NCBI GenBank assembly: GCA_963716725.1
Contig: CAVQUB010000011.1
Span: 448,001-512,000 of the forward strand
Source: an uncultured delta proteobacterium
Lineage (GTDB): Bacteria > Myxococcota_A > Polyangia > Polyangiales > Polyangiaceae
Length of the DNA stretch: 64,000 bases
Direction: 5' to 3'
Part shown: in pieces, positions 9,657 through 21,168 of the stretch
How positions within the stretch are numbered: the first letter of the stretch is position 1
How the letters are laid out: the number at the start of each line of letters is the position of its first letter
Notes under the pieces: model-generated
Databases searched by the model: none
Seen by the model: the letters and a program-made list of their open reading frames with translations, nothing else
Told to the model about the DNA's origin: nothing
Translations under genes and position numbers: made by a program

Positions 9657-10153
9657 CGAGAGCCCTGGCATTCATCGCGGCGTGCTGCGCGGTGTCCTGC
9701 TCGGGCCCGAGCGGCGACGAGACCCAGGTCATCCCCACAGGAGCCTCGCGCGAGTCGTTTCCCGCGGTCGCCGACGTGCTGCACTCGCGCTGCGGATCGC
9801 TCGACTGCCACGGCACTGTCGGGAGAAATCTGCGAATTTACGGCCTCAATGGCCTACGGATCGACGGCATCACGGGTACCGGTCTCACCACCGCCCAGGA
9901 GTACGACGCAAACTTCCTGTCGGTCGTCGCGCTCGAACCCGTCACGTTTGGGCTGGTCGTGCGCGACGGGGGGCGCGACCCCGACCGCCTCTCGTTGGTG
10001 CGCAAGGCCCGCGGCGCCGAGGCGCACAAGGGAGGAAAGCCCATGCCGCAGGACAGCACCGGCGACCGCTGCTTGATCAGCTGGCTGGCGAACTCGGTGA
10101 ACGCAGATGCGTGCGCCGATGCGGCGGAGATGGCCGCGCCGGACTGGCCCTGA
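9653..10153 (+). CDS. Putative mono-heme cytochrome c lipoprotein with CX4CH motif
   Basis: Signal/lipobox AVSC, RCGSLDCHG, downstream HKGG; ATGA overlap with the upstream gene. Confidence 0.65.
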   Translation: MTRALAFIAACCAVSCSGPSGDETQVIPTGASRESFPAVADVLHSRCGSLDCHGTVGRNLRIYGLNGLRIDGITGTGLTTAQEYDANFLSVVALEPVTFGLVVRDGGRDPDRLSLVRKARGAEAHKGGKPMPQDSTGDRCLISWLANSVNADACADAAEMAAPDWP

Positions 10154-10162
10154 GCCCGGCCG

Positions 10163-10981
10163 TCACACCCCCAACGCGTAGCCCAAGCTCAACGCGAGCG
10201 CCGTCCCGTTCGAGGGAAACAGGCGCATCAAGCCAAGCTCGAGCGTCGGTCCATGGCCGGCAGCGATGGGAAGGAACACACCGATCCCGATCCCCGCGAA
10301 ACCCGAGCCGGCCTTCTTGTAGACGTCGAGTTCTTGTGTTGGCGGGTTGTCCGGTTGGTTCGGTGGGGGAGCGGCGTTCGGATCTTCGACCACTTGGACC
10401 TTGGATTTGCCATCGACCTCGCCGAGGCCCGCATTGAACAACACGTAAGGTGAAAACCCGGTCGCCCTGTGCGCGGGCCCGAGCAGCCAGTACCCGAGGC
10501 GTGCTTCCGCATGGAAGGGCATGAACCCGGAGGAGCCGTCCTGCGGCGGCCCGCCTCCCCGGACTACGTAGCCGAGCCGCGCGCCAACGGTCACCGAATC
10601 GAAGAGCGCGAAGTCCGCACCCAGTTTCAGGCGAGTCGTGCCAAGCACGAAGCCGCCGTTGATCTTGTCGTTCTGACCGACGAGCGGTGTGCCGTGATAC
10701 TGGGATCCGGAGCCGCGAAAACAAGCGAAACCGTCTTCGAGCTGACCTTGCTTCGAGCAGACATCGTCGCCAGAGACGAAGGGTAGATCTTGGGTGACGT
10801 CGCCCGCGAGCCACACGCGCGGAGGCGCGGCGCCGGACGCTTGCGCTGAACCCGCATGGGCTGCCAAGACACCGCCAACGGCGAGGACTCGCGCCGCGAG
10901 TGTGCCCGCGAACCAGGCTGTGCGTAAGAAGCGCGCCAAGCCGACGCCTTCTATCACGACTTCCGAGTTCGCGCTGCCCAT
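10163..10981 (-). CDS. Hypothetical protein, probable outer-membrane beta-barrel
   Basis: Alternating hydrophobic strands (VTVGARLGYVV, FSPYVLFNAGLG) and a C-terminal LALSLGYALGV; start coupled to the BCCP stop. Confidence 0.55.
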   Translation of the reverse strand: MGSANSEVVIEGVGLARFLRTAWFAGTLAARVLAVGGVLAAHAGSAQASGAAPPRVWLAGDVTQDLPFVSGDDVCSKQGQLEDGFACFRGSGSQYHGTPLVGQNDKINGGFVLGTTRLKLGADFALFDSVTVGARLGYVVRGGGPPQDGSSGFMPFHAEARLGYWLLGPAHRATGFSPYVLFNAGLGEVDGKSKVQVVEDPNAAPPPNQPDNPPTQELDVYKKAGSGFAGIGIGVFLPIAAGHGPTLELGLMRLFPSNGTALALSLGYALGV

Positions 10982-11612
10982 CACCGCAGCGGAGCCCCGG
11001 CCTCTTCGAGCTCGAACAAGGTGTCGCCGACTTCGACATCGGCGCCGTCCGCGGGTCCGACGGCGACGATCTTGGCTCGCTTCGGCAGGCCGGGACCTCC
11101 GTAGCTGATGCGATGGAAGGTCTTCATGATCTCGAGCAGGCACAGGGTCTGACCCTCGTCGACGACCGAGCCGCTCTCGACGAACGCCGGCTTGTCCGGA
11201 GACGGGCGGACGTAGAACCGTCCGCTCGACGGTGCGGAAAACACCAGGCCGCCGGCGCCGGATCCGGCCTCTGCCTCGGCCTCGACGGCCAACACCGCTC
11301 CGGTGCTCGGATCGAGCGTGAGCAGCAGGCTGCCGTGCTCAACGGGCACGCGCGCGAGACGCGAGACGGCGGCGTCGCCGATGATCAGACCGTGAGCCTG
11401 ATCGTCGAGTACGAGATCGTGGAGCACACCTAGCGCTTCGAGCTGTCCGACCTGAGCGCCCGGCATGAGCAGCGTTCCCGGCGCGGGACCGCCCCGCCAG
11501 AGCCCGACCCCCGGAGAACGCAGCTCGATGCGGCCGTCGGCGAGGCGCAGGGTCTTCACCGCGAGCGTGTGGTGGAAAACCCGGCCGTCGCGGGCGTAGG
11601 GCCGGCGCGCGC

Positions 11613-11616
<4 letters not shown>
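10981..11616 (-). CDS. accB: Biotin carboxyl carrier protein with an extra degenerate N-terminal biotinyl-like domain
   Basis: SAPSSGRFY...PAFV...[13 protein letters not shown] biotinylation motif; lies in the carboxylase operon. Confidence 0.85.
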
Positions 11617-13343
<1,727 letters not shown>

Positions 13344-13350
13344 GCTTCTC

Positions 13351-14703
13351 CTACGCGGCAGGCCAGCCAGGGATGTTGCGATTGTCGTAGCGCCCGCTCA
13401 CGAACGCTTCGCTCCGGAGCACCGCGAGGTGCATCGGGACGGTGGTCTTGATGCCCTCGACGTGAAGCGCGCCGAGCGCCTCGATCATGCGCCTTCGCGC
13501 GTCCTCGCGGTCGCTGCCCTTCACGATCAGCTTGCAGATCAGCGAGTCATAGAATGGAGGCACCTTGTAGCCCTCGGCCACATGGGTGTCGACGCGCAGG
13601 TGCTCGCTCGCCGTCGGCGGCTGCCAGACCGTGATGGTGCCGGGGCTCGGCCGGAAATCCTGCGCCGGATCTTCCGCGTTGATGCGGCACTCGATGGCGT
13701 GACCGTCGAAGCGAACGTCGCTCTGGGCGAATGAGAGCGGATTGCCGGCGGCCACCCGCAGCTGCTCGACCGCCAGGTCGATGCCAGTGCGCATCTCGGT
13801 CACGGGATGTTCGACCTGAAGACGGGTGTTCATCTCCATGAAACGAAGCGTGCCCGTGTCGTCCATCAAGAACTCCATGGTGCCCGCTCCGACGTAGCCG
13901 ATGGAAGCGGCCGCGTGCCGAGCGAGCTCGGCGGTTCGCGCGCGTTCTTCAGCCGAAATGGCCGGCGACGGGGACTCTTCGATCAACTTCTGGTGCTTGC
14001 GCTGCACGGTGCAGTCGCGCTCTCCCAGATGGCAGACGTTGCCGTACCGATCGGCCATGATCTGGATCTCGACGTGGCGCCCCCCTTCGAGCAACCGCTC
14101 GAGGTAGACCCGGTCGTCACCGAACGCGACGGCCGCCTCGCGCTGGGCGCCGGTGAACGCTTCCTCGAGCTCGTCTGGACCGCGCGCGATGCGCATGCCG
14201 CGACCGCCGCCCCCGCTCTCCGCCTTGATCAGCACGGGGAAGCCGACTCGCTCGGCCACGCTACGCGCTTCGTCGAGCCCGCTGAGCACGCCGTCGCTGC
14301 CAGCAATGAGCGTCAGCCCCGCGGCGCCCATTGCGCGCTTGGCCGGCGTCTTCTTGCCCATCAGGTGCATCGCGTGCGCCGGCGGACCGATGAAGGTGAC
14401 GCCGTGAGCCTCGCACAGCGCCGCGAAGGTCGGGTTCTCGGACAAGAAGCCCCAGCCCGGGTGCAGCGCCGAGCACCGCGTTTGCTTCGCTGCCTGCACG
14501 ACCTTCACCATGTCGAGGTAGCTCTCGGCGGAGCGGCCCGCTCCAAGGCAAACGGTTTCCCGCCCATGGGTGTAGGTCGCGTCGCGATCGGCCTCGCTCA
14601 CGGCGAGCACGGGCGTGACACCGAGCGCGTCGCAGGCCCGCGCGATGCGCACGGCAACCTCGCCACGGTTGGCGATCAGCACGCGGTGGAAGAGCAGCGG
14701 CAT
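13351..14703 (-). CDS. accC: Biotin carboxylase subunit
   Basis: [64 protein letters not shown]. Confidence 0.95.
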   Translation of the reverse strand: MPLLFHRVLIANRGEVAVRIARACDALGVTPVLAVSEADRDATYTHGRETVCLGAGRSAESYLDMVKVVQAAKQTRCSALHPGWGFLSENPTFAALCEAHGVTFIGPPAHAMHLMGKKTPAKRAMGAAGLTLIAGSDGVLSGLDEARSVAERVGFPVLIKAESGGGGRGMRIARGPDELEEAFTGAQREAAVAFGDDRVYLERLLEGGRHVEIQIMADRYGNVCHLGERDCTVQRKHQKLIEESPSPAISAEERARTAELARHAAASIGYVGAGTMEFLMDDTGTLRFMEMNTRLQVEHPVTEMRTGIDLAVEQLRVAAGNPLSFAQSDVRFDGHAIECRINAEDPAQDFRPSPGTITVWQPPTASEHLRVDTHVAEGYKVPPFYDSLICKLIVKGSDREDARRRMIEALGALHVEGIKTTVPMHLAVLRSEAFVSGRYDNRNIPGWPAA

Positions 14704-14865
14704 GGTGGGCGCGGAGGCTAACACCCGGAGTATTTTCGGAGAAAGCCCTGTGTCATCCAGAGGCAGGATCCCGCGGCGAGCGTGGGATTTGCTGGTGGGG
14801 CGGCGGTCGTGATTCGATCGGTCAGCTCCGTTGGCGGATGGGCGAAGGCAGCCTAGGCTCGGGGC

Positions 14866-15693
14866 ATGCGCGCTCGGTTCACCCTCGCTCTGCTCTCGTT
14901 TGCATTTGCCCTCGCGAGCTGCTCTTCGGACGACTCGGGCGGCTCGCCCGCTAGCGGTGGCGCCGGCGGTTCGAGCGGTTCTGGTGGTGCCGGGGGCGTC
15001 GGCGGTAACCAGAGCTGCACGGCGACCTTCACCTGGCTACAGAAGGACGCCTACAAGGAGACGGCCGGGCGCAGCAGCGATCTCTGGCCACCCCACACCA
15101 CGACTCAGATCGACGTGAGCTGCGGCGGGCAAGTCGTGAAGACCGCGTTTCGGGAGAACCATGGCACCAAGCCCAGCGACAAAGACGCCACCGGCGCCCT
15201 GTTCCTGGTGCCGGTCGGCACGATGGAAGCCAACGCTACCTGGAGCGAGATGGAGCCGATGCTCTCGGCCTACGAGAGCTGCGAGTGCGGCACTGGGTTC
15301 TTGAGCATGGACGCGCTAGGCGATGCCGCAGTGCAGAAGCTGGTGGCGGAGATCGAGCAATACGTGCTCGCCCACCTGACCTGCACCGGCGCCGTGGACG
15401 CGCCCGGCCTCGTCCAGAAACTGAAGGCCGGTGACATCGCCGGGGTGCTGGCGGTGCTCCCGAGCTGCACCTGGGAGGCAGGTTTCGACTGGTCCCTCGG
15501 CTTCGACGACGCCCTGGGCAAGGTGATCGCCGCCGCGAAGGAGACCCTCGCGGACTACCACGTCTGCAACAACGACGCGGAGCTTCAGGCCACGCTCTTC
15601 GACGGCTTTCGCAAGACCGGAGCCGTCACCGCTTGTGACGGCAGCGGCGCGACCTGCCACGGGCCCAAGTGGTTCTACGCGCCCAAACCCTGA
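14866..15693 (+). CDS. Hypothetical lipoprotein
   Basis: Lipobox LASC, Gly linker, Cys-containing globular domain, typical codon usage. Confidence 0.7.
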   Translation: MRARFTLALLSFAFALASCSSDDSGGSPASGGAGGSSGSGGAGGVGGNQSCTATFTWLQKDAYKETAGRSSDLWPPHTTTQIDVSCGGQVVKTAFRENHGTKPSDKDATGALFLVPVGTMEANATWSEMEPMLSAYESCECGTGFLSMDALGDAAVQKLVAEIEQYVLAHLTCTGAVDAPGLVQKLKAGDIAGVLAVLPSCTWEAGFDWSLGFDDALGKVIAAAKETLADYHVCNNDAELQATLFDGFRKTGAVTACDGSGATCHGPKWFYAPKP

Positions 15694-15696
15694 GGC

Positions 15697-17160
15697 TCAT
15701 TTGCAGCTGATGGGCGCTGCCCACAGCTCGTGACTCTCTCCGGTCGAAACCAGGAAGAACGACACCGCGCGATCCCCTTCGACCCAGACGCGCCCCTGGC
15801 CAGCGTCGGCGCCCTGGGGCGACACGCTCACGGCATCGCCCACTGGCGCGAGTTCGTCGTCGACGACCCGCACCTTCACCACATGCCCGCTCGCAACCCG
15901 CTCGGTCCACTGCAGCAGCCAGCCGCGATCCCTCAGCGCCGCCGCAGCGGGTGCGATGCGAGCGCTCGAGTCTCCGAGCGGGATGGCAGTGAGCCGCTCG
16001 GGTACGCGGCCCAGCTTGGCCTTGCCCGCGTAGATCTGGAACTCGGCCGCTTCGCTGGGTTTCGCAGCCACCAGGATCAACGCGTCCTGGGCGCCGAGGA
16101 CGGGCACGGGCGTGCCGACGGTGCTCGCGTCGAGTTCCGGCGTGAGGAGCTCCGTCGTCTTGTCGCCGTTGACTGCCAGCCACCCCGCCCGCACCTTCCC
16201 GCTTTGCCCGCCAGCGCGGAGAGTGACGAAATGCCCTGCGCTCCGGTGGCTTTCCACGCGGACCGGCGTGAGATCCTTCTCGGTCAACGGCCACACCACG
16301 TCGGGCTCACTGTCGCCCGCCCGGCGTGCGATGCCCATGGGCGCAGCGCCAATGCGCAACGGATCGACCCCGATCACGCTGCGCGCGCCCTCGAGGTTCG
16401 ACTCCTCGGTGTCCACCGCCAGCTCGACGCTGTCGCCCCGCACAACCGGCTGCGCGCCGATGATGGGCGTCTTGCTCGGCTGGAGCTTCTTGCTCTGTTC
16501 GGCGAGCGTATCGGCGGCGAGCACCACGAGCTCGGCCTGGGACACCGTCCGCGCGAATCCGACCGCGACGCGTCCCTTGCCGACCGCCGCCACTTCGAAG
16601 GGGACCTTGCCGTACGCGGGCTTGGAGACTCGACGCGCCCGGGATGCGACGCACCTCGTCGAGAGCGGGGGCAGCACGCGGGCTGCGGCCGGAGATGACG
16701 ACGGCGCTCCCAGCGAGGGTGTGTCGGCTACCGACGAGACCGTGGTACTGCCCTGAGTCCGGCTCGCGATCACCAGCACGGTCGCTCCCAACGCCAGCAC
16801 CAGACCAAGGCCCACCACCGCCAGAGCCACCATCAACGGAGTGCGCGACGAGCGCGGCGAGGAGGCCCGTGCCGCAGCAGGTTCGGGCTCGGCCGCGGGC
16901 GGCTCGGGCTCGAGCGACTCCGGGAGCGGATTGTCCCGCATCGTCGGCGCGTCGTCCTCGACGCGAAACGCCGGCAGCGAAGCCTCCGCGACGGCGAGCT
17001 CCGGAACGTCGGAGGCCGGGAGCCAGCCGTCCATGGTGGGGCCGGACACCATGCTGGTGGGCGAAGCGCGACCATCGCGCAAGGCCGTCCCCAGGGTCTC
17101 GAGACTGCCCGTGTATTCGAACCCGTCAGCTCCGATCCAGCGCCACTGCTTCTCTGCCAT
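15697..17160 (-). CDS. Single-pass membrane protein with N-terminal GYF-like (DUF4339/GYF_2) domain
   Basis: QWRW...G...SPTSMVSGPTMDGWLPASDVPEL, Pro-rich linker, TM helix LMVALAVVGLGLVLALGATVLVI, beta-rich C-terminal domain. Confidence 0.65.
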   Translation of the reverse strand: MAEKQWRWIGADGFEYTGSLETLGTALRDGRASPTSMVSGPTMDGWLPASDVPELAVAEASLPAFRVEDDAPTMRDNPLPESLEPEPPAAEPEPAAARASSPRSSRTPLMVALAVVGLGLVLALGATVLVIASRTQGSTTVSSVADTPSLGAPSSSPAAARVLPPLSTRCVASRARRVSKPAYGKVPFEVAAVGKGRVAVGFARTVSQAELVVLAADTLAEQSKKLQPSKTPIIGAQPVVRGDSVELAVDTEESNLEGARSVIGVDPLRIGAAPMGIARRAGDSEPDVVWPLTEKDLTPVRVESHRSAGHFVTLRAGGQSGKVRAGWLAVNGDKTTELLTPELDASTVGTPVPVLGAQDALILVAAKPSEAAEFQIYAGKAKLGRVPERLTAIPLGDSSARIAPAAAALRDRGWLLQWTERVASGHVVKVRVVDDELAPVGDAVSVSPQGADAGQGRVWVEGDRAVSFFLVSTGESHELWAAPISCK

Positions 17161-17165
17161 CCGCT

Positions 17166-18146
17166 TCAGCCTCTCCGGGGCGACCTCGCCCGGCGCTCGA
17201 GCTCTTTCGCGAGCGCGGTGTAGCTCGCGAGCCGAGCGGAGTCGAGCGCTCCCGATTCGACGGCGGCACTCAGCGCGCAGCCGGGCTCGCTCCCGTGGCC
17301 GCAGTCGCGAAAGCGGCAACTCGGCGCCAGCGCCATCACATCCGGAAACGCCGTCTCGAGCGCGCCGGCATCGGCCCAAAGCCCCAGCTCCCGCAAGCCG
17401 GGCGTGTCGATGATGGCCCCGCCGACAGGTAGCAGCATCAGCTCTCGGTGCGTCGTGGTGTGTTTCCCACGGTCGTCGCGCGCGCGGACGCTCTTCACGC
17501 GCATCCGAGACTCACCCAAGAGCGCGTTGACGAGGGTCGACTTGCCAGCGCCCGACGAACCGACAACCGCCGCCGTCACGCCCCGATCAAGATATCGAAG
17601 CGGTGCGTCCTCCGCGATCTTGGCGAGCACGTCGATGGCGTGTACGTCCACGTCGCGCGCGACGGCCTTCGCCTCAGCAACAAGAGACTCGACGCGATCA
17701 CACAGCCCAGCCTTGGTGAGAAGCACCACCGGCTTCAGCCGGCCTTCGGCGGCCAGGGTGAGGTAGCGCTCGAGGCGCCGCGGGTTGAAGTCACCGTCGA
17801 GCCCCATGACCACGAACAGGACGTCCACGTTGGTGCAGAGGATCTGAGGCCGCTCGCGCTTCCCGGCGGCGCGGCGCACCAGCTCGGATCGGCGCGGCAG
17901 CACCGATTCGACAATGGCCTCGGCGCCTTCAGTGCAGGCAACCCAGTCGCCGGTGACGGGTCGCCCCAGTTCGGCGCGCAGCACCTTGCGCGGAACGCGC
18001 GCCGTGAGCTCGCCCGACTCCAGGAAGAGCTGGGCGAGATCGGCGTCGATGCGAGCGACCCGCCCCACGAACCCATCGCCGAGCGACAACTCCAGGAATG
18101 CTCGCCGGAGCTTCTCGTCGAAACCCATGTCCTCGAGGGCGCTCAC
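17166..18146 (-). CDS. rsgA: Ribosome small subunit-dependent GTPase A
   Basis: PVTGDWV, LLTKAG, GSSGAGKSTLVN, GKHTTT, IDTPGLRE and Zn site CRFRDCGH...GC; GTG start with GGGAG upstream. Confidence 0.95.
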   Translation of the reverse strand: MSALEDMGFDEKLRRAFLELSLGDGFVGRVARIDADLAQLFLESGELTARVPRKVLRAELGRPVTGDWVACTEGAEAIVESVLPRRSELVRRAAGKRERPQILCTNVDVLFVVMGLDGDFNPRRLERYLTLAAEGRLKPVVLLTKAGLCDRVESLVAEAKAVARDVDVHAIDVLAKIAEDAPLRYLDRGVTAAVVGSSGAGKSTLVNALLGESRMRVKSVRARDDRGKHTTTHRELMLLPVGGAIIDTPGLRELGLWADAGALETAFPDVMALAPSCRFRDCGHGSEPGCALSAAVESGALDSARLASYTALAKELERRARSPRRG

Positions 18147-18280
18147 GGCCCAGAGCTCCCGCCAATGGTCACTACCGCCAGCTTCGCCTCGCGGGACAAC
18201 CTCGTCCAGTGCCAGCGTCTCGAGCTCACGTCCGGCGCATGCTATCGCACGGCCGGGCACAATGCCCTAGAGTGGCGGCC

Positions 18281-18808
18281 ATGTCCGACTCCGAGCCAAC
18301 TTCGGGCACGCCTCGCGCGGTCTTGCTCGCGCTCTCCGCGGGCTTCGTCGCCTTCGGCGTCGCGTTCTTGCTGGCGCCGGCCAAGCTCGCGGCCTACGCG
18401 GACGTGTCGACGACCAGCCGCCTCGGCTTGATTGAGCTTCGAGCCTTCTACGGGGGCATCGAGATCGGGCTCGGCGTGTTCTTGGCCGTCACGGCCATGC
18501 GCCGCGAGTGGCAGATCCCGGGCCTGCTGTGCGCGCTCCTGTCCCTGCTCGGGGTCTTCGGAGCACGCATCTACGCGATGACCGTCGAGGGCTGGCCGGG
18601 AGCCACCGTGCTCGTGCTGCTGGCCATCGAGCTCGCGGGGATCGTCCTGGCGGGGTTCGGCTTGATGCGGATCCGGGAAGTCTCCGCGGCTGCGAGCGCG
18701 GCGAGGGTGGGCGACGACCTGCTCTCACGCCCTGAAAAGACGAAGCTCATCGAGAAGACCCAACCCCTTCAACGCACGCTGCCGCTCGACAAGTCGAAGC
18801 GGATCTGA
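18281..18808 (+). CDS. DUF4345-family membrane protein
   Basis: Four hydrophobic helices and the motif ELRAFYGG. Confidence 0.7.
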   Translation: MSDSEPTSGTPRAVLLALSAGFVAFGVAFLLAPAKLAAYADVSTTSRLGLIELRAFYGGIEIGLGVFLAVTAMRREWQIPGLLCALLSLLGVFGARIYAMTVEGWPGATVLVLLAIELAGIVLAGFGLMRIREVSAAASAARVGDDLLSRPEKTKLIEKTQPLQRTLPLDKSKRI

Positions 18809-18819
18809 GGGAGACCTTC

Positions 18820-19599
18820 ATGGCTGACAAGGTGTTGGTCGAGAATCGAGGGGCAGTACGCATCCTCCGAATCAACCGCCCCGAGGTCCGCAACTGCGTG
18901 GACGGGGAGACCGCCGTGGGCCTCGGTGACGGCATCGAGGCGTTTGCGCTCGACCCGAGCGCCCGCGTGCTCGTCGTGACCGGCAGCGGCGGCGTCTCGT
19001 TCTGCGCCGGAGCAGATCTGAAGGACCCGGCCTCGTTGTTCCAACATCGTCACCTGGACAGCGCGGGACCGATGGGCTTCGCCCGCCTCGATCCCGGCAA
19101 GCCGACCATCGCTGCCATCAACGGCTTCTGCTTCGCCGGCGGGTTCGAGCTCGCCGCTTGGTGCGATTTCCGCATCGCCGCGTCGAACGCCGAGTTCGGA
19201 TGCCTCAGTCGGCGCTGGGGCGTGCCCTACCTCGACGGCGGCACCCAGCGATTCGCTCGCATCATGGGAGTCGGCAACGCGCTCTACTTGCTGGAGACGG
19301 GCGCTCGCATCGACGCCCAGCGCGCCCGTGAAATGGGATTCCTGCAAGAGATCGTGCCCGAGGGCAGCGCGTTCGACCGCGCGCTCGAACTCGCGTCCGC
19401 CATCGCGGGTTACCCTAACTTTCCTGGCATTTGCGCCGACAGGCAGGCCGCCCTGGCGAGCCAGGGCGTGCCGCTCGACGAAGGCCTGCTGCTCGAAGCT
19501 CGCCTCGGTCGACCCACGCTCGTGAGCGACGAGCTCGCGGAAGGCCTCGCGCGCTTCGGCGCGGGGGCCCGGGACGCTTCGCCACGCCCGAAGGACTGA
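18820..19599 (+). CDS. Enoyl-CoA hydratase/isomerase (crotonase) family protein
   Basis: INRPEVRN, FCAGADLK, KPTIAAINGFCFAGGFELA, DGGTQR. Confidence 0.92.
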   Translation: MADKVLVENRGAVRILRINRPEVRNCVDGETAVGLGDGIEAFALDPSARVLVVTGSGGVSFCAGADLKDPASLFQHRHLDSAGPMGFARLDPGKPTIAAINGFCFAGGFELAAWCDFRIAASNAEFGCLSRRWGVPYLDGGTQRFARIMGVGNALYLLETGARIDAQRAREMGFLQEIVPEGSAFDRALELASAIAGYPNFPGICADRQAALASQGVPLDEGLLLEARLGRPTLVSDELAEGLARFGAGARDASPRPKD

Positions 19600-19650
19600 G
19601 GGCCCGAGCGCGACGCCGGTGAGAAGGCCAACCAACGTCGCGACCGCGCG

Positions 19651-21105
19651 TCACGGGCTCAGAGTCAGCGCGTCGAAGAGCAGATTGGTCCCGCTGGTCG
19701 GATCCCAACCCGCGGTGTTGGCGAATCGAATCGAGTATTCCGGAGTCGTGCGCAGGGACGGCGCCGGGTCCGGCAGCCAGAGCGCAACGCGATAGCTGCC
19801 GGCGGGCAGACTTGCAGGCAATGTGACGGACGTATCCAAGCTGTGGGTGCCCGGCTCTAGTCGACGCGGCTCCAGCGGCAGGTGGGCTTCGAAGTGGGCC
19901 GGACCGTCCAACACCAACACGAGGTCGCGGGAGAAATACGGGGCGGCAAAGCCATCGTTTCGCAGCACTAGCGACAGCGGCAGCGCGCAGCCCGCCTTCG
20001 CTTGTTCGGGGAAAGTCGCCTTCTCGAGCACCAATCGATACCCCAGCCGTGCAGCGATCTCATCGTAGCAACCCTCGCTCTCGAAGCGCGCGAGAGCGCC
20101 CGGGTGGTACGCGGCGTTGAGGAAGCTGAAGTGCAGCTCCGCCATCTCCGGCACCGCAACGGCGCAACTGGTCCGGGGCGGGTAGTCGTCACAAGTTTCG
20201 CCACCCGCCGGGACGAAGCGTGTGTCTTCGGCGATCAAGGCTTTCCATGCGGCCATCTTGCCAGCGGGGTAGGTGCCCACGTCGTCGGCGCTGGACAAGA
20301 AACAATCGTTGTGGTGCCCAATTCGCGCCACGGCTTCGGTGCCAAAGGCTTGGGCCTGGGTCACCGGGCCGCCGGCGTAGTCCTGCTTGAAGCTCCAGCG
20401 CCGAACCAACACGGGCATCTCCTGGGGCACGCTGGCGAGCAGCGCGTCGAGCACTGACTTCTTCGCCGAGGAGTCGGTGTCGAGCCCGTTGGTGCTCGAG
20501 TGCCACTCCCCCCACGGTCCGATGAAGCCTGCCTCGAGGAGCATGATCACGTCGGCGTGTTTCTGGATCAATGGAGCAAGGGCCTGGATGTGCTCGAGAA
20601 TGCGCGAGAGCTTCGCGTCATTCGGCGCCGTGAACTCTTCGCGGTAGACGAAGCGCAGCACCACCTTGATGCGAGCCGCGCGCGCGCGATCGAGACCCGC
20701 GCTCACCTTGGCCAAGAACGACGCGGGGATCGGCGCGTCGAGGTAGTCGAGCAGCGACACTCCGGCGTAGGCGATGGTCCGCCCCGACTTGCGCACATCG
20801 TCGAAGTCGTCGGTGGACGTGAGGCTGATGAAGTCGTGAAATCCGCGAGAAGGATTCAGCAGATTTTCGTTCGGCTCGAGCGCGTTGAACAGATGCTCCA
20901 CCGGCGTGGCAGGGCAGACCGGCGCATCGTCGCTGGCGTCGCTGGCGTCGCTCGCGACCCCGCCGAGCCCCGCACCCCCGAGACCGCCCGCGCCGGCGCT
21001 ACCTCCACCTCCGCCCGGCGTGCCCCCCGGGCTGCCGCCGAATCCCCCGCACGCGGACGCGAGCACGACGCCCGAGCAGAGCCCGGCGAACAACCAAAAC
21101 CGCAT
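19651..21105 (-). CDS. DUF4874/DUF4832 domain lipoprotein (putative glycoside-hydrolase-like barrel)
   Basis: Lipobox ASAC, NPSRGF, KVVLRFVY, AGFIGPWGEWH, GHHNDCFL, GGETC, RLGYRL. Confidence 0.8.
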   Translation of the reverse strand: MRFWLFAGLCSGVVLASACGGFGGSPGGTPGGGGGSAGAGGLGGAGLGGVASDASDASDDAPVCPATPVEHLFNALEPNENLLNPSRGFHDFISLTSTDDFDDVRKSGRTIAYAGVSLLDYLDAPIPASFLAKVSAGLDRARAARIKVVLRFVYREEFTAPNDAKLSRILEHIQALAPLIQKHADVIMLLEAGFIGPWGEWHSSTNGLDTDSSAKKSVLDALLASVPQEMPVLVRRWSFKQDYAGGPVTQAQAFGTEAVARIGHHNDCFLSSADDVGTYPAGKMAAWKALIAEDTRFVPAGGETCDDYPPRTSCAVAVPEMAELHFSFLNAAYHPGALARFESEGCYDEIAARLGYRLVLEKATFPEQAKAGCALPLSLVLRNDGFAAPYFSRDLVLVLDGPAHFEAHLPLEPRRLEPGTHSLDTSVTLPASLPAGSYRVALWLPDPAPSLRTTPEYSIRFANTAGWDPTSGTNLLFDALTLSP

Positions 21106-21168
21106 GACCGACAGCGTACACCTTTCGCTGGCAGCGGCCGACGCGGCCACTCTCCGCTCCAGCGTGCC

